Shown here: piece by piece, positions 1 to 8,964 of the stretch
Position numbering within the stretch: position 1 is the stretch's first letter
Layout of the letters: the number at the start of each line of letters is the position of its first letter
From: an uncultured virus (IMG/VR IMGVR_UViG_3300042889_002336)
Lineage: Duplodnaviria; Heunggongvirae; Uroviricota; Caudoviricetes
Virus record (IMG/VR): IMGVR_UViG_3300042889_002336
Strand: one strand, 5' to 3'
Length of the DNA: 20,000 nt
Made by a program: the position numbers and the translations under genes
The notes under the pieces: generated by a model
Told to the model about the DNA's origin: nothing
The model's input: only the letters and a program-made list of their open reading frames with translations
Database searches by the model: none

Positions 1-794
1 CCTATTTTCCCGTTTACAATTTCTGTTGAGATATTACCATTTACAAGTAGTTTTTCTTGTGTAGTACTTGTTCCAATACTTACTTCATCTCTAAAATACC
101 CTCTACCTTCTACATGTATTGCTCTTGTAGGTAACAATGTACCTATACCTAATCCTACAGGAGTCCATGCCCCTACCCCTGTGGTTGTATTGCTTCCTAT
201 ATTAATTATAAGGTGACCTGGTTGTTGTGGTTTTGTACCGAAGACCGGATCAGTAGGTATGTATGTTTTTATGTATAGATTATTGTTATTGTTGTTATCT
301 TTTCCTATAGTACCCATAAAAGTAGATCCTTGGTAGAAGTCTACAGTAGCTTTCTTAGCCTGACTGTTACCGGAAGTGGTGCTCTCTAACCTTAATGTGG
401 CTGGAGTAATAGTTGAACCTACTGCATGTATTTTTGTATTGATTGCAGGAATAGTTGCTCCTATTCCTAATTGCTGTGAAGTAGTGTATATGAACCCTGT
501 ATCTGCATCTAATCTAGGATCTGTAGCATGTCTAAATTGAATGTTCCTTGGATTTCCTGCTACCACAAGTGTTGGATTGTTTCCTGTAGTTGGTTGTAAT
601 TCAATCTCTACAGACCTAGCAGGTCCGAAATTGTCATCCTGTGACATATTTAGGTTTGCACTCCCTGTGTACCATAGGTAAAGTCGGTTAGTATCTGTAT
701 CTACGGACGCTGAATAGAAGAAAGATGAGAAATTTCTATCCATCTCATTATAGGTAAGTGCTGATGCTTTATTTGTTCTTAATTGTATTGCCAT
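1..794 (-). CDS. Tail fibre / receptor-binding protein, N-terminal 264 aa (runs off the window edge; not in ORF track)
   Basis: Hand translation from ATG at 794: MAIQLRTNKASALTYNEMDRNFSSFFYSAS... stays open to position 3. The N-terminal LRxxKxxxLTxxEMDxNF is a common tail-fibre attachment motif. Repeated LGIGATIP..KIHAVG, LGIGTLLPTRAIHVEG and VSIGTSTTQEKLLVNG units are typical of trimeric beta fibre proteins. Confidence 0.8.
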   Translation of the reverse strand, partial: MAIQLRTNKASALTYNEMDRNFSSFFYSASVDTDTNRLYLWYTGSANLNMSQDDNFGPARSVEIELQPTTGNNPTLVVAGNPRNIQFRHATDPRLDADTGFIYTTSQQLGIGATIPAINTKIHAVGSTITPATLRLESTTSGNSQAKKATVDFYQGSTFMGTIGKDNNNNNNLYIKTYIPTDPVFGTKPQQPGHLIINIGSNTTTGVGAWTPVGLGIGTLLPTRAIHVEGRGYFRDEVSIGTSTTQEKLLVNGNISTEIVNGKI

Positions 795-804
795 ATTACT
801 TATT

Positions 805-1878
805 TTATATATCTATTTTTACAATGAAAGTCATATCTGTGTTTGCAGATTTTGGTACTGGTTGACCTAATTTCCCTACTGCTATTAATTCGTTTGCATC
901 GTTGTATAGTCCAACTGTTGTTATATAGGGTTGGAAATAACTTCCTGTTATATTACTGTTTAAATCTCCTGCTGATGAAGGAAGTGTATTTGAATACTCT
1001 GTTCCATCGTTATAGTAGGTTGTTTTTATTGAACTACTTATTGCTGAAGGATTATATGTATGGTTGAATTCTGACTCTCTAACTCTACAGTGATAGTTAT
1101 GTGTATAAATAGGGTGATTAGATTTCCATCTTATTGTTCCATCCACATAATTCATTAGGTAATTTGCTACAAGCTCGTCTGTAAGAATAATTTGACCATG
1201 AGTATATATTACATTTCCTACATACTTTTTAGGGTTAGAACATTTTAAATAAAGATTACCTTCTCCATCGTCTACTATTGTAGAAGAGTACCCTTCTGGT
1301 ATGTCTAAGTATTCTCCTCCAGCTGCTGGTGTTTCCTCTACGTAATCTCCTTCATTACTTAAGTAATCGTTACCTATTGTAGCACAGGCGTTAGGTGTAG
1401 ATCCGTATATGTTAAAGAAGTCTTCTACGTAATCATCTTCAGAATTTTCTCTAGCGTAAGAGGATAGTACATAACTTGAAGAAACTCCTGATTCAGGTAC
1501 TATCTCTAAAGAGAAAGGCTCTATGTGAGTACCTACAATATCTCTTGGCATAGAGTAAACCCCTATGTAAGACTTTATATTTCTAGATCCACTAGTGTAT
1601 GAAGATTGTAAGAAGTTTTCGTAAGATCCTGTAGTTGTAATACTTCCGCTTTGGAATAAACTGTAATATAAGTGGTTTATGCTTTGGAAAATTAATCTCT
1701 TATATGAAATACTTTGTATTTCGTTTACAGGTAAGTAGTAATTTGAAGAACCGGAGATACCTGAAAGTGTCTCTATATTATTTGCGCTATATTCACTACC
1801 AGATACTGCCCAAGATTTTCGGGCAGTGTAGGTTGTGATGTAAGCATCTTGCTTGTTTAGTTTTTTGTAAGCACTCAT
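805..1878 (-). CDS. Putative baseplate/tail-collar structural protein (paralogue of 1882..2916)
   Basis: 357 aa. The C-terminal ESEFNHTYNPS...YITTVGLYNDANELIAVGKLGQPVPKS is shared with the neighbouring ORF and resembles the C-terminal half of the tail-collar/fibre N-terminal domain (DUF3751-like). Located between baseplate and fibre genes. Confidence 0.6.
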   Translation of the reverse strand: MSAYKKLNKQDAYITTYTARKSWAVSGSEYSANNIETLSGISGSSNYYLPVNEIQSISYKRLIFQSINHLYYSLFQSGSITTTGSYENFLQSSYTSGSRNIKSYIGVYSMPRDIVGTHIEPFSLEIVPESGVSSSYVLSSYARENSEDDYVEDFFNIYGSTPNACATIGNDYLSNEGDYVEETPAAGGEYLDIPEGYSSTIVDDGEGNLYLKCSNPKKYVGNVIYTHGQIILTDELVANYLMNYVDGTIRWKSNHPIYTHNYHCRVRESEFNHTYNPSAISSSIKTTYYNDGTEYSNTLPSSAGDLNSNITGSYFQPYITTVGLYNDANELIAVGKLGQPVPKSANTDMTFIVKIDI

Positions 1879-1881
1879 TCA

Positions 1882-2916
1882 TTAATAATCCAACTTGATT
1901 CTTACTAATGCTTCTTTTGTGAAATCCTTTAAGAGTGGTTTAGATAGTTTTGCTACTGCTAAAAGGTCATTATTATCGTTATATAACCCTACTGTTGTAA
2001 TATATGCTTGAGGTGTATTGATCATAATATCATGTCTCAATTCTCCTGAACCTGTAATGTTAGAAGGGTTTGTTGAATAATTAAATTCACTATTTCTTAC
2101 TCTAACAAATATATAGTTTGAAGATACTGTTTCTTCTGCTTGTGCTTCAAAGTACAATCCTCCTGAGATAGCATTGTAGAATTTTCTTGTATTTTCACTA
2201 TCAGTAATAGGGCCAACAGCTTGAACTGTAGCTAAGTCTATACCTCCTGCTCCGGCTGTATCGTCTAATGCTTCTCCGTTAAGTACTATGATTCCTACAT
2301 CTGGTAAAAATTTACCGTAACTTCCTCCTGTTTGGTTATATCCACTGGTTGCAGATGTAACGTTAAGGTCCCATGGTTGCCCGTTTGATCCACTAATAAC
2401 GTCGTAAACTCTTCCTGAGTCTACATAAGAGATAGTTGTTAATGCTTTACTATTATCTGTTAAGGATATAACATCTCCGTTTGGACCTTTTAGTTTTAAG
2501 TTAAAACTACCTGGTAGTAGTTTTTCTTTATACCTACTTCTGTCTATAGAGATTACATAAATGTAGTCAGAAGATTGATTTTGAAATTGAAAAACTGTAT
2601 CTTCATCTCCAAATACTAAATTCCTATACTGTCCGTATATTGTCGCTGATGGTGATTTTCCTGCTGCTCCTACGTTATAGTTTACTGATCCTCTCCCTAA
2701 TCTATCTCCATAGGTAATTCCCATTTGAGCTACTGCTGTAGCATCATTGTTGATATTTGCATTAAATATCCTAGTGTAGTATTCTCCAGAAGTGGAGTAC
2801 TGAGCAGATGATGTAAAAAATGTAGTTAACAATTTACTATTTGTAGACCATAGAGGAGTTACTACTGACTCTGCACTGATGGATATATCTTCTGGATCTA
2901 ATCTTTTAAATGCCAT
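1882..2916 (-). CDS. Putative baseplate/tail-collar structural protein (paralogue of 805..1878)
   Basis: 344 aa. C-terminal NSEFNYSTNPS...YITTVGLYNDNNDLLAVAKLSKPLLK motif; structural-module context. Confidence 0.6.
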   Translation of the reverse strand: MAFKRLDPEDISISAESVVTPLWSTNSKLLTTFFTSSAQYSTSGEYYTRIFNANINNDATAVAQMGITYGDRLGRGSVNYNVGAAGKSPSATIYGQYRNLVFGDEDTVFQFQNQSSDYIYVISIDRSRYKEKLLPGSFNLKLKGPNGDVISLTDNSKALTTISYVDSGRVYDVISGSNGQPWDLNVTSATSGYNQTGGSYGKFLPDVGIIVLNGEALDDTAGAGGIDLATVQAVGPITDSENTRKFYNAISGGLYFEAQAEETVSSNYIFVRVRNSEFNYSTNPSNITGSGELRHDIMINTPQAYITTVGLYNDNNDLLAVAKLSKPLLKDFTKEALVRIKLDY

Positions 2917-2919
2917 ATC

Positions 2920-3579
2920 TTATTGATTTACTTTTACTATAGTTACTGGAATAGTTAATCTAGCACCTGAATCTCTACCAATCACTGTAAGTGTTGTTTG
3001 AAGTGATGTATTATCTCCAAATAGTGTATTAATTGTTGTTGCAGTTATGTTGATAGAAGTTCCAATTACTGCTTTAGAAACGTTTGTTCCTAGGGTAGTA
3101 GTTGAGTTTAATCTTTCAGCTTCTGAGGTATTAATACCTACTCCATTAAATGTATTTGTTACTCTAGCGTCTGCAATAGTTGCTACATATCCTCCAGCTT
3201 CAAAAGTTTGAGAAGATCCTAAATAATTTAATGTTTGAGGAGTAATTGCAAGTGATGCTCCTTGTTTTAATCTAATAGCCGAGAATCCTAAATCTAGAAT
3301 TGGTAACTTAGCAGTTCCTCTTGGAAGAGTTGTAAGTTTATACTTCATGATTTGAGTTTCATCCGGAAATGCTTCTAGTAGTGGCATTTTTTCAATAGCC
3401 TCTCCATAATATGCTGATCCATTTGGATGTGTTGGATTATATAATGTGTAATCAATCTCATCATCTGCTAAAGCAAATTGAGTGATTTTGAAAGAACCAT
3501 CACCTCTTGCAAGTAATTCTCTTCCTTTTTTAGTTAAAATTGCATCAACTGTTACAATTGAATTATCTAAGTATCCCAT
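2920..3579 (-). CDS. Putative baseplate/tail-collar structural protein
   Basis: 219 aa. The N-terminal AILTKKGRELLARG...ITQFALADDE resembles the LTxxGxxxLA...ITxxAxGD start of P2 gpH/DUF3751-type collar domains. The C-terminus is beta-rich. Confidence 0.6.
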   Translation of the reverse strand: MGYLDNSIVTVDAILTKKGRELLARGDGSFKITQFALADDEIDYTLYNPTHPNGSAYYGEAIEKMPLLEAFPDETQIMKYKLTTLPRGTAKLPILDLGFSAIRLKQGASLAITPQTLNYLGSSQTFEAGGYVATIADARVTNTFNGVGINTSEAERLNSTTTLGTNVSKAVIGTSINITATTINTLFGDNTSLQTTLTVIGRDSGARLTIPVTIVKVNQ

Positions 3580-3598
3580 TTTGTGTTTTTTATCTTAT

Positions 3599-3632
3599 TA
3601 TAAATATACGTTTTTTTATTATTTTATACAAC
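3599..3632 (-). promoter_or_regulatory. Composite promoter: host-type GTTG-N20-TATATTTA overlapping the candidate late motif TATTTATA
   Basis: Minus strand reads GTTG(3632-3629) tataaaataataaaaaaacg TATATTTA(3608-3601), with TATTTATA at 3606-3599. It lies in a 54-nt intergenic gap, 19 nt before ATG 3579. Confidence 0.65.
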
Positions 3633-3633
3633 C

Positions 3634-4869
3634 CTAAGTTATACACAGACTACTGCTACTATAAACTAACCCGTATTCATCTGTCTCTAGTATCTCTTTT
3701 GAATCTTTTACCCATATTCTAGAATTTGTTGAATTTACAATTTTTGCACTTGTATTATCTACTTTAAAAATCTTTAAAGGCTTTACTGTAAGAATTTTAC
3801 CGTATTGCGGCAAGGTTGTAGGTGCTGTATTTAGGTATCCTCTTGTTACTATCAATGTATTTGGTAAACCTCCTATTCCTGGTCTAATTCCAGTTACCCT
3901 TAATTTTTCTGATAGTATTACTCCTGTGTCTTTATTTTGGATCTGTAATATACTGCCTATTTCGACAGGACTTATATCAAGTGAACTGGTTGTTCCGTAT
4001 GCTAGAGAAATAACAGGCGCAAGATTTTGTTGCAATAATTCATACTTTGTACTTACAAGTCCGTCGAAAGAAGGTGTCTCCTGGTCTCCTGTAAATAGAA
4101 ATTCTGTCGTTACCCTATCTGTTAATGATCTTGAACATATTAACTGATATGCAGAGGATGATGGATTCTGTTCTCCTACAAATGTTTTAGCTGTTATTGC
4201 AGGTGGAATTCCTTTATAACTCTGTGCATCTGTTGTTGATCCTCTATACCTTGCGTTACTCCATCCTGTAGATGAGTAATTACTGTCTTGTATTTGTGCT
4301 TTTTCTGCTGAACCTGATAATATTTTCGGTAGGTTTGTAGGATTTACTCCTGATCCTACCCTGTCTGATTGCTGTATGTAAGTGGAGTTTCTATTTACCA
4401 GTGCATTACTGATTAATGGATTGAAATCACTATATTCGTACTTCTCATCTTGAACATAAGGTAGAAAAGCAACCTCTATTTGATCTACTCCTCCTTGATC
4501 TTCATTATTAGGAGTTCTATTAAATTCTATCGGCAATATTTCAAAGTAGTAGTAATCACTTATTGGATTACTAAAACTATTAGGATACTTAGACCTACTT
4601 TCGATAGGTATTAAATATACCTGCCCATCTACAACAAATCGGATGCTGGTTGCAGTTAGTAGTACATTCTCTAGATCTATTTGATTTAGAGGTGATGTCT
4701 GTAAACTCCAATCTCTCCTTGTAGCAACTGTTACAGTAACCCCTGTTACCATAACCTTGTTAGCGTTGTCTGTAGGATGTGGTTCACAGCATACATTTAT
4801 ACTGGCATCCTTATTTATATTGGTAAGGTTGTCTGTTTGATGTAAGAAAAGGAATGTTGCTATATTCAT
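3634..4869 (-). CDS. Hypothetical virion/baseplate-associated protein
   Basis: 411 aa, beta-rich and S/T/N-rich, inside the baseplate operon; no family confidently recognised. Confidence 0.55.
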   Translation of the reverse strand: MNIATFLFLHQTDNLTNINKDASINVCCEPHPTDNANKVMVTGVTVTVATRRDWSLQTSPLNQIDLENVLLTATSIRFVVDGQVYLIPIESRSKYPNSFSNPISDYYYFEILPIEFNRTPNNEDQGGVDQIEVAFLPYVQDEKYEYSDFNPLISNALVNRNSTYIQQSDRVGSGVNPTNLPKILSGSAEKAQIQDSNYSSTGWSNARYRGSTTDAQSYKGIPPAITAKTFVGEQNPSSSAYQLICSRSLTDRVTTEFLFTGDQETPSFDGLVSTKYELLQQNLAPVISLAYGTTSSLDISPVEIGSILQIQNKDTGVILSEKLRVTGIRPGIGGLPNTLIVTRGYLNTAPTTLPQYGKILTVKPLKIFKVDNTSAKIVNSTNSRIWVKDSKEILETDEYGLVYSSSSLCIT

Positions 4870-4884
4870 TTTTATTTTTATTTA

Positions 4885-7800
4885 TTAAAGTGTAGACCAA
4901 CTTGCACCTGTACCTGGGCCATGGAGACTGTTACATAGTATTACTCCTGTATTAGCGCTGTTTGTGTTTTGAACTTGTGTATTAGGGTACCCGTTAGTGT
5001 AAAAGTATGCGTATGTTCCATCACTATACCATCCACTTATAGGTACGTCAGTTCCAACAGTTCTTAAAAGTTTTCCTGCAGTCCATAATCCTGGGAAGTC
5101 ATAAGGAGGTTGGTTAATTAGCTTTGTATAGTATACTTGTCCGAGTAGTCCTACTTCCCCTGATGAGACATTTAAAGCACCGTTTGTACATGCTTCGTTT
5201 GGACCTCCTGCACCATAGTTTATTCCTATATTTACAATCTCTGTTGCTACTCCTGATTTAAGAAGTCTAATAACTCTTTCACAATTGTCCGGTACGTTTA
5301 CTAATTTAACCCACACTGCCCTAGAACCAAATGTAAAGTTCTGTGCTTGTGCAGTTGTTAGTTGCTGTATAGCAGGTACAGTAATTGCTCCCCAGTTACT
5401 AGGTTTAGCAAGTCCGGGATATACGTAGTAGGTTGCATTTGGCAATTCTCCTTCAAAGAAAGTTGTTAAGTCTATATTAAGTACGTCATTTCCATAATCT
5501 CCTGCAAAGAGGTCAATTTGTGTATCTTCCTGTGGTGACAAGAAACAGTTATAAAATGCTCTACTTACTGATGTTTTACAGGTAGGGTCATATGTATCTG
5601 CTACAGTAACGGTATACCTGTCCCCTGTAATACCGCCGACAAATGTATAAGTAGAGGTTCCTGGAGGAAGTGGTACCGGTGTTTCGTTATTCTTCTGTAC
5701 TGTATACACTACTTGAGTGTTTACGCCTAGTGGGAACCAGTTTGCGAAGTTATAACTTGCTCCTGCTATTATATAGTTTGGTGCTGTAATAGGTCCTAAT
5801 GTACAAGCTACGGTACGGAAGTTTACCGTTTCGTAACATGTCTCGTTTGATCGTCCGTATATAACTGTTGAGTTGTATTGAGGAGCTGTAAAAGTGTACG
5901 TAGATGGAATTACTTGTCCTGTTGCAGAATTAAGACGGTATACTGTATTAACAGGTGCTGATACTCCATTTTCTCCGAATAGTGGACCTAGTGCGTATGG
6001 AATATTTGGCTTTACAGTAAATGTATCGTTGGCTAATGGCTTTAGTGTACATGTTCCTGGTGGCAGGTCTTCATAAAACTTTATATTAAACTGAACTCTT
6101 GGTGGGATTCCTTTCTTTAATACATTATTATTATTAAGCTCTCCTGTTGTTACTCTAATAAAACTATTTGCTAATTCTCCATCAAACTTTGCTTCTTCTT
6201 TGTTTTTAGCAAGTGATACGGTTCTTCCTATTGGTGTTTCTACCACCTGTTTGTAAGAAGCTGTATATTCTACTACTGCTCCAAAAGTATCTCCGTGATA
6301 TCCTTCCGTGAAAGCTGTATTAATAGATGATGTATAGTTGAAAGCATTATCCATTGAAGCAGATAGAATTGTATCTACGGATGCTTTTACTGATTTTGCT
6401 TTTGATCTATTAAGTAAATTTGGTTTAATTATTATACCCGTATCTGCTACTGTTCTAGCAGGTACAAAGTCTTTAACCATCTTAAAGATTACGTTATCAA
6501 AAAATTTAATTAACCTAACATATGCTCTTACATCGTATTGTGATAAATTTCCTAATATGTCTTCTGCTACTTTATAAAGACCCTCGTAATCTGGGAGTAT
6601 TAGATTGCTTGGATCTCCTATATACTGATCTATATTGAATGTAGCCAGATTTGGATCTGCTAATGATTTAGATATAATATACTTATCTACGTTATCTGTT
6701 GGAGAAAATCCTACTTCAATAACATGTAAGTCATCTGTATACTTATTATCTCTTTTTATTATAGATGTATAGCTTGATAGAGTATCTCCTGGTATGATAC
6801 TTCCTGTATTGTCAATTCTTATCTTATCTAAAGAACTTGTATAGTACTGGTAGTCTCCGTAGAATGGTCTTTCATTTGTATTTCTACCTCCATATAGTTT
6901 TATATTTAATATATCTGAAGGAATACCAAAACAGTTTATAAGTGCTCTTAGTCCTCTCTCTGTACCTTTTGTTTTTAGTAAATAAGAAAGGTTATGGTAA
7001 ATTCTTTTTTGGATCTCTTTTTCATAAGTATCAAAAGAAGAAGGCTCAATAGGTGTATTAGATCCTATTAATGATCCTGTTATATAAAAATTAATCTTCT
7101 CACTTCCAGATATATAACCCTGTCCTATAAAGCTTGAAAACAAGTCTTCAATAGACTTATTAGAAGTATATAATTTAACTCCAAAATTCTTTAAAGCTTC
7201 TCCAACTAAGTCTTTAGAAATACCTTTGTTCATTCTATTATCAGCATCATACTTATCTGTTACTGCATCTGCATATAACCATAAGTTATCAAAATGCTGA
7301 CCTATCATATGAATAAATGTCAGGTAATTCTCATTATTTACATCTTCTCTAAGGTATGATGGTATGGAAAATATTAATGAATTATAATTTGTATTATCAT
7401 ATGAAATTGCTTCTGCAACTTGGTTGGAATACCATAGAATTGATTGTGGTGTAGTACTTACTTGGTTCTGGTATGGTTTACTATTATTTGATTTTGGCCA
7501 ACTAGAACTTCCTGATTCATAATATAAGAATCTTTCGTAATGATCGAAGTTATTTAAAACTCCTTCCATTAATCCTTCAAAATATGTTCTACTTCCTGAT
7601 ATTCCTTGAAGACCTTGTACTCCTTGAGTACTTGGTGTTTGATTATCTATAGCTGATAGACTTGCAGAGTATGATGTAACTAAGTCTAATTTATACTTAA
7701 AATTAATTAATCTCTCTTGAGCTGATGAAAAATGTATAAAGTCACTATATGATGTATGGTCAATACTTATTTCAACTCCTTTTTCGTTAACTAGAGAGAA

Positions 7801-8625
7801 TAGTTGACTATTTGCATTATTTACTGGGTAGCTAAATAATTCATCGTAGTTAAAGTATTGGGTAGGTATGATGTTCTCATCTTGTATTTCTATATTGAAG
7901 TTAGCAGGTTTTAGAGTTGGTAATACTACCGGTTCTGGTGTTATTTCAGATTGTACTTCGTATGCAAGAGAATCAGCTACTAATTCAACTACTCTTAACT
8001 TACTCTTTATTCCATAAGTAAAAGGTAGTGGTTCGTATAGTTTTACTGTTACTTCTTTCTCTGTTAAGTTATCTAAGGTATCTATGTTGATACCGATAAG
8101 TAAATCGTTATCACCAAAATTTAATCTAAACTCATTAAAGAAAGCTTCGTTATTTAATTTATCCTTTATTACAGTGGTAAATCTTTCTAGATCTGTAGGG
8201 GATAATGTTAATGAAGCAAGTTTTAATTCTGTTCTATCTGGTGAGATGTCTTGTATGTAAAGCTCTGCAGTTGAGGTATTATCTGTAAATAGGTCGTTTA
8301 AGAAGTGGTATAGTAACTTAACTCCTCCATTACCGTAATCAAAAGCTATACTATCCTGTATAGGATCTATTGTAAGTACTGATGTCCCTTCTTGTCCTGC
8401 AGATTGAGCGTTTCCTAACTGTTTATAACCTCTATAATCATATTCACTAAATAGTATCTCATCACTAAGTGTTAATAGGTGAAGTTCAACTACATGCTTA
8501 CTGGTATCAAAAGAACTATTTACTTCAAAAGAAGAAATTAACTGTGTATCCTCTGTAGAATATCTTTCAACACCTGCTATATTTTCCGGTATGTCTCTAC
8601 TAGCTATATAATTTATTTCTGCCAT
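4885..8625 (-). CDS. Large baseplate wedge protein (T4 gp7 / P2 gpI-like core) with C-terminal Cys-paired Ig/adhesin-like repeats
   Basis: 1246 aa. RIYHNLSYLLKTKGTERGLRALINCFGI matches the KGT motif of Tail_P2_I/gp7-like wedge proteins, and the later FKMVKDFVPART matches the second 'xxPA' motif. It lies downstream of gp25-like and gp6-like genes. Confidence 0.7.
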   Translation of the reverse strand: MAEINYIASRDIPENIAGVERYSTEDTQLISSFEVNSSFDTSKHVVELHLLTLSDEILFSEYDYRGYKQLGNAQSAGQEGTSVLTIDPIQDSIAFDYGNGGVKLLYHFLNDLFTDNTSTAELYIQDISPDRTELKLASLTLSPTDLERFTTVIKDKLNNEAFFNEFRLNFGDNDLLIGINIDTLDNLTEKEVTVKLYEPLPFTYGIKSKLRVVELVADSLAYEVQSEITPEPVVLPTLKPANFNIEIQDENIIPTQYFNYDELFSYPVNNANSQLFSLVNEKGVEISIDHTSYSDFIHFSSAQERLINFKYKLDLVTSYSASLSAIDNQTPSTQGVQGLQGISGSRTYFEGLMEGVLNNFDHYERFLYYESGSSSWPKSNNSKPYQNQVSTTPQSILWYSNQVAEAISYDNTNYNSLIFSIPSYLREDVNNENYLTFIHMIGQHFDNLWLYADAVTDKYDADNRMNKGISKDLVGEALKNFGVKLYTSNKSIEDLFSSFIGQGYISGSEKINFYITGSLIGSNTPIEPSSFDTYEKEIQKRIYHNLSYLLKTKGTERGLRALINCFGIPSDILNIKLYGGRNTNERPFYGDYQYYTSSLDKIRIDNTGSIIPGDTLSSYTSIIKRDNKYTDDLHVIEVGFSPTDNVDKYIISKSLADPNLATFNIDQYIGDPSNLILPDYEGLYKVAEDILGNLSQYDVRAYVRLIKFFDNVIFKMVKDFVPARTVADTGIIIKPNLLNRSKAKSVKASVDTILSASMDNAFNYTSSINTAFTEGYHGDTFGAVVEYTASYKQVVETPIGRTVSLAKNKEEAKFDGELANSFIRVTTGELNNNNVLKKGIPPRVQFNIKFYEDLPPGTCTLKPLANDTFTVKPNIPYALGPLFGENGVSAPVNTVYRLNSATGQVIPSTYTFTAPQYNSTVIYGRSNETCYETVNFRTVACTLGPITAPNYIIAGASYNFANWFPLGVNTQVVYTVQKNNETPVPLPPGTSTYTFVGGITGDRYTVTVADTYDPTCKTSVSRAFYNCFLSPQEDTQIDLFAGDYGNDVLNIDLTTFFEGELPNATYYVYPGLAKPSNWGAITVPAIQQLTTAQAQNFTFGSRAVWVKLVNVPDNCERVIRLLKSGVATEIVNIGINYGAGGPNEACTNGALNVSSGEVGLLGQVYYTKLINQPPYDFPGLWTAGKLLRTVGTDVPISGWYSDGTYAYFYTNGYPNTQVQNTNSANTGVILCNSLHGPGTGASWSTL

Positions 8626-8964
8626 CTACTCTATTTTTGTTTCTAAGTCAAGGATTTGTTGATTTGCTTGTAATAGCTGAATTCTTAACTGCGCTATTTC
8701 ATCTAAAAGAGGTTGTATATCTTCTGTATCTCTTTCGTAAGATATTAATTCTGAACTTTTTCTTATTAAATACTCATGTGAGTTCTCTTCTCCCTCTATA
8801 TCAATTGTAAAATACAGTTTTTCATACAACCTGAATAGTTCTTCTGCTGTATCTGTATCTTCCTCTGGTATTGGTTGAGTATATGTTCTAAACCCTTTAT
8901 CAATTACCTTAGAAAATTCTGTCTTATTATAGACTGTTTTTATTATTTGAATATCATTAGCCAT
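8626..8964 (-). CDS. Hypothetical protein with C-terminal coiled coil
   Basis: 112 aa. Its start overlaps the stop of 8957..10066. Heptad-like IQPLLDEIAQLRIQLLQANQQILDLETK. Confidence 0.7.
   Translation of the reverse strand: MANDIQIIKTVYNKTEFSKVIDKGFRTYTQPIPEEDTDTAEELFRLYEKLYFTIDIEGEENSHEYLIRKSSELISYERDTEDIQPLLDEIAQLRIQLLQANQQILDLETKIE

Noticed and set aside
1104..1111. TATTTATA on the minus strand inside ORF 805..1878
   Set aside because: Intragenic (encodes PIYT) and ~310 nt from the next start; may be chance, so it was not called as a promoter.
8623..8628. In-frame TAG-ATG junction between the 112-aa and 1246-aa genes, suggesting amber recoding or readthrough
   Set aside because: Long genes are intact under the standard code, and other TAG stops (3634, 17349, 18109, 19872) are followed by promoters, gaps or a terminator. 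Other junctions are also in frame with TAA. No support for code 15.
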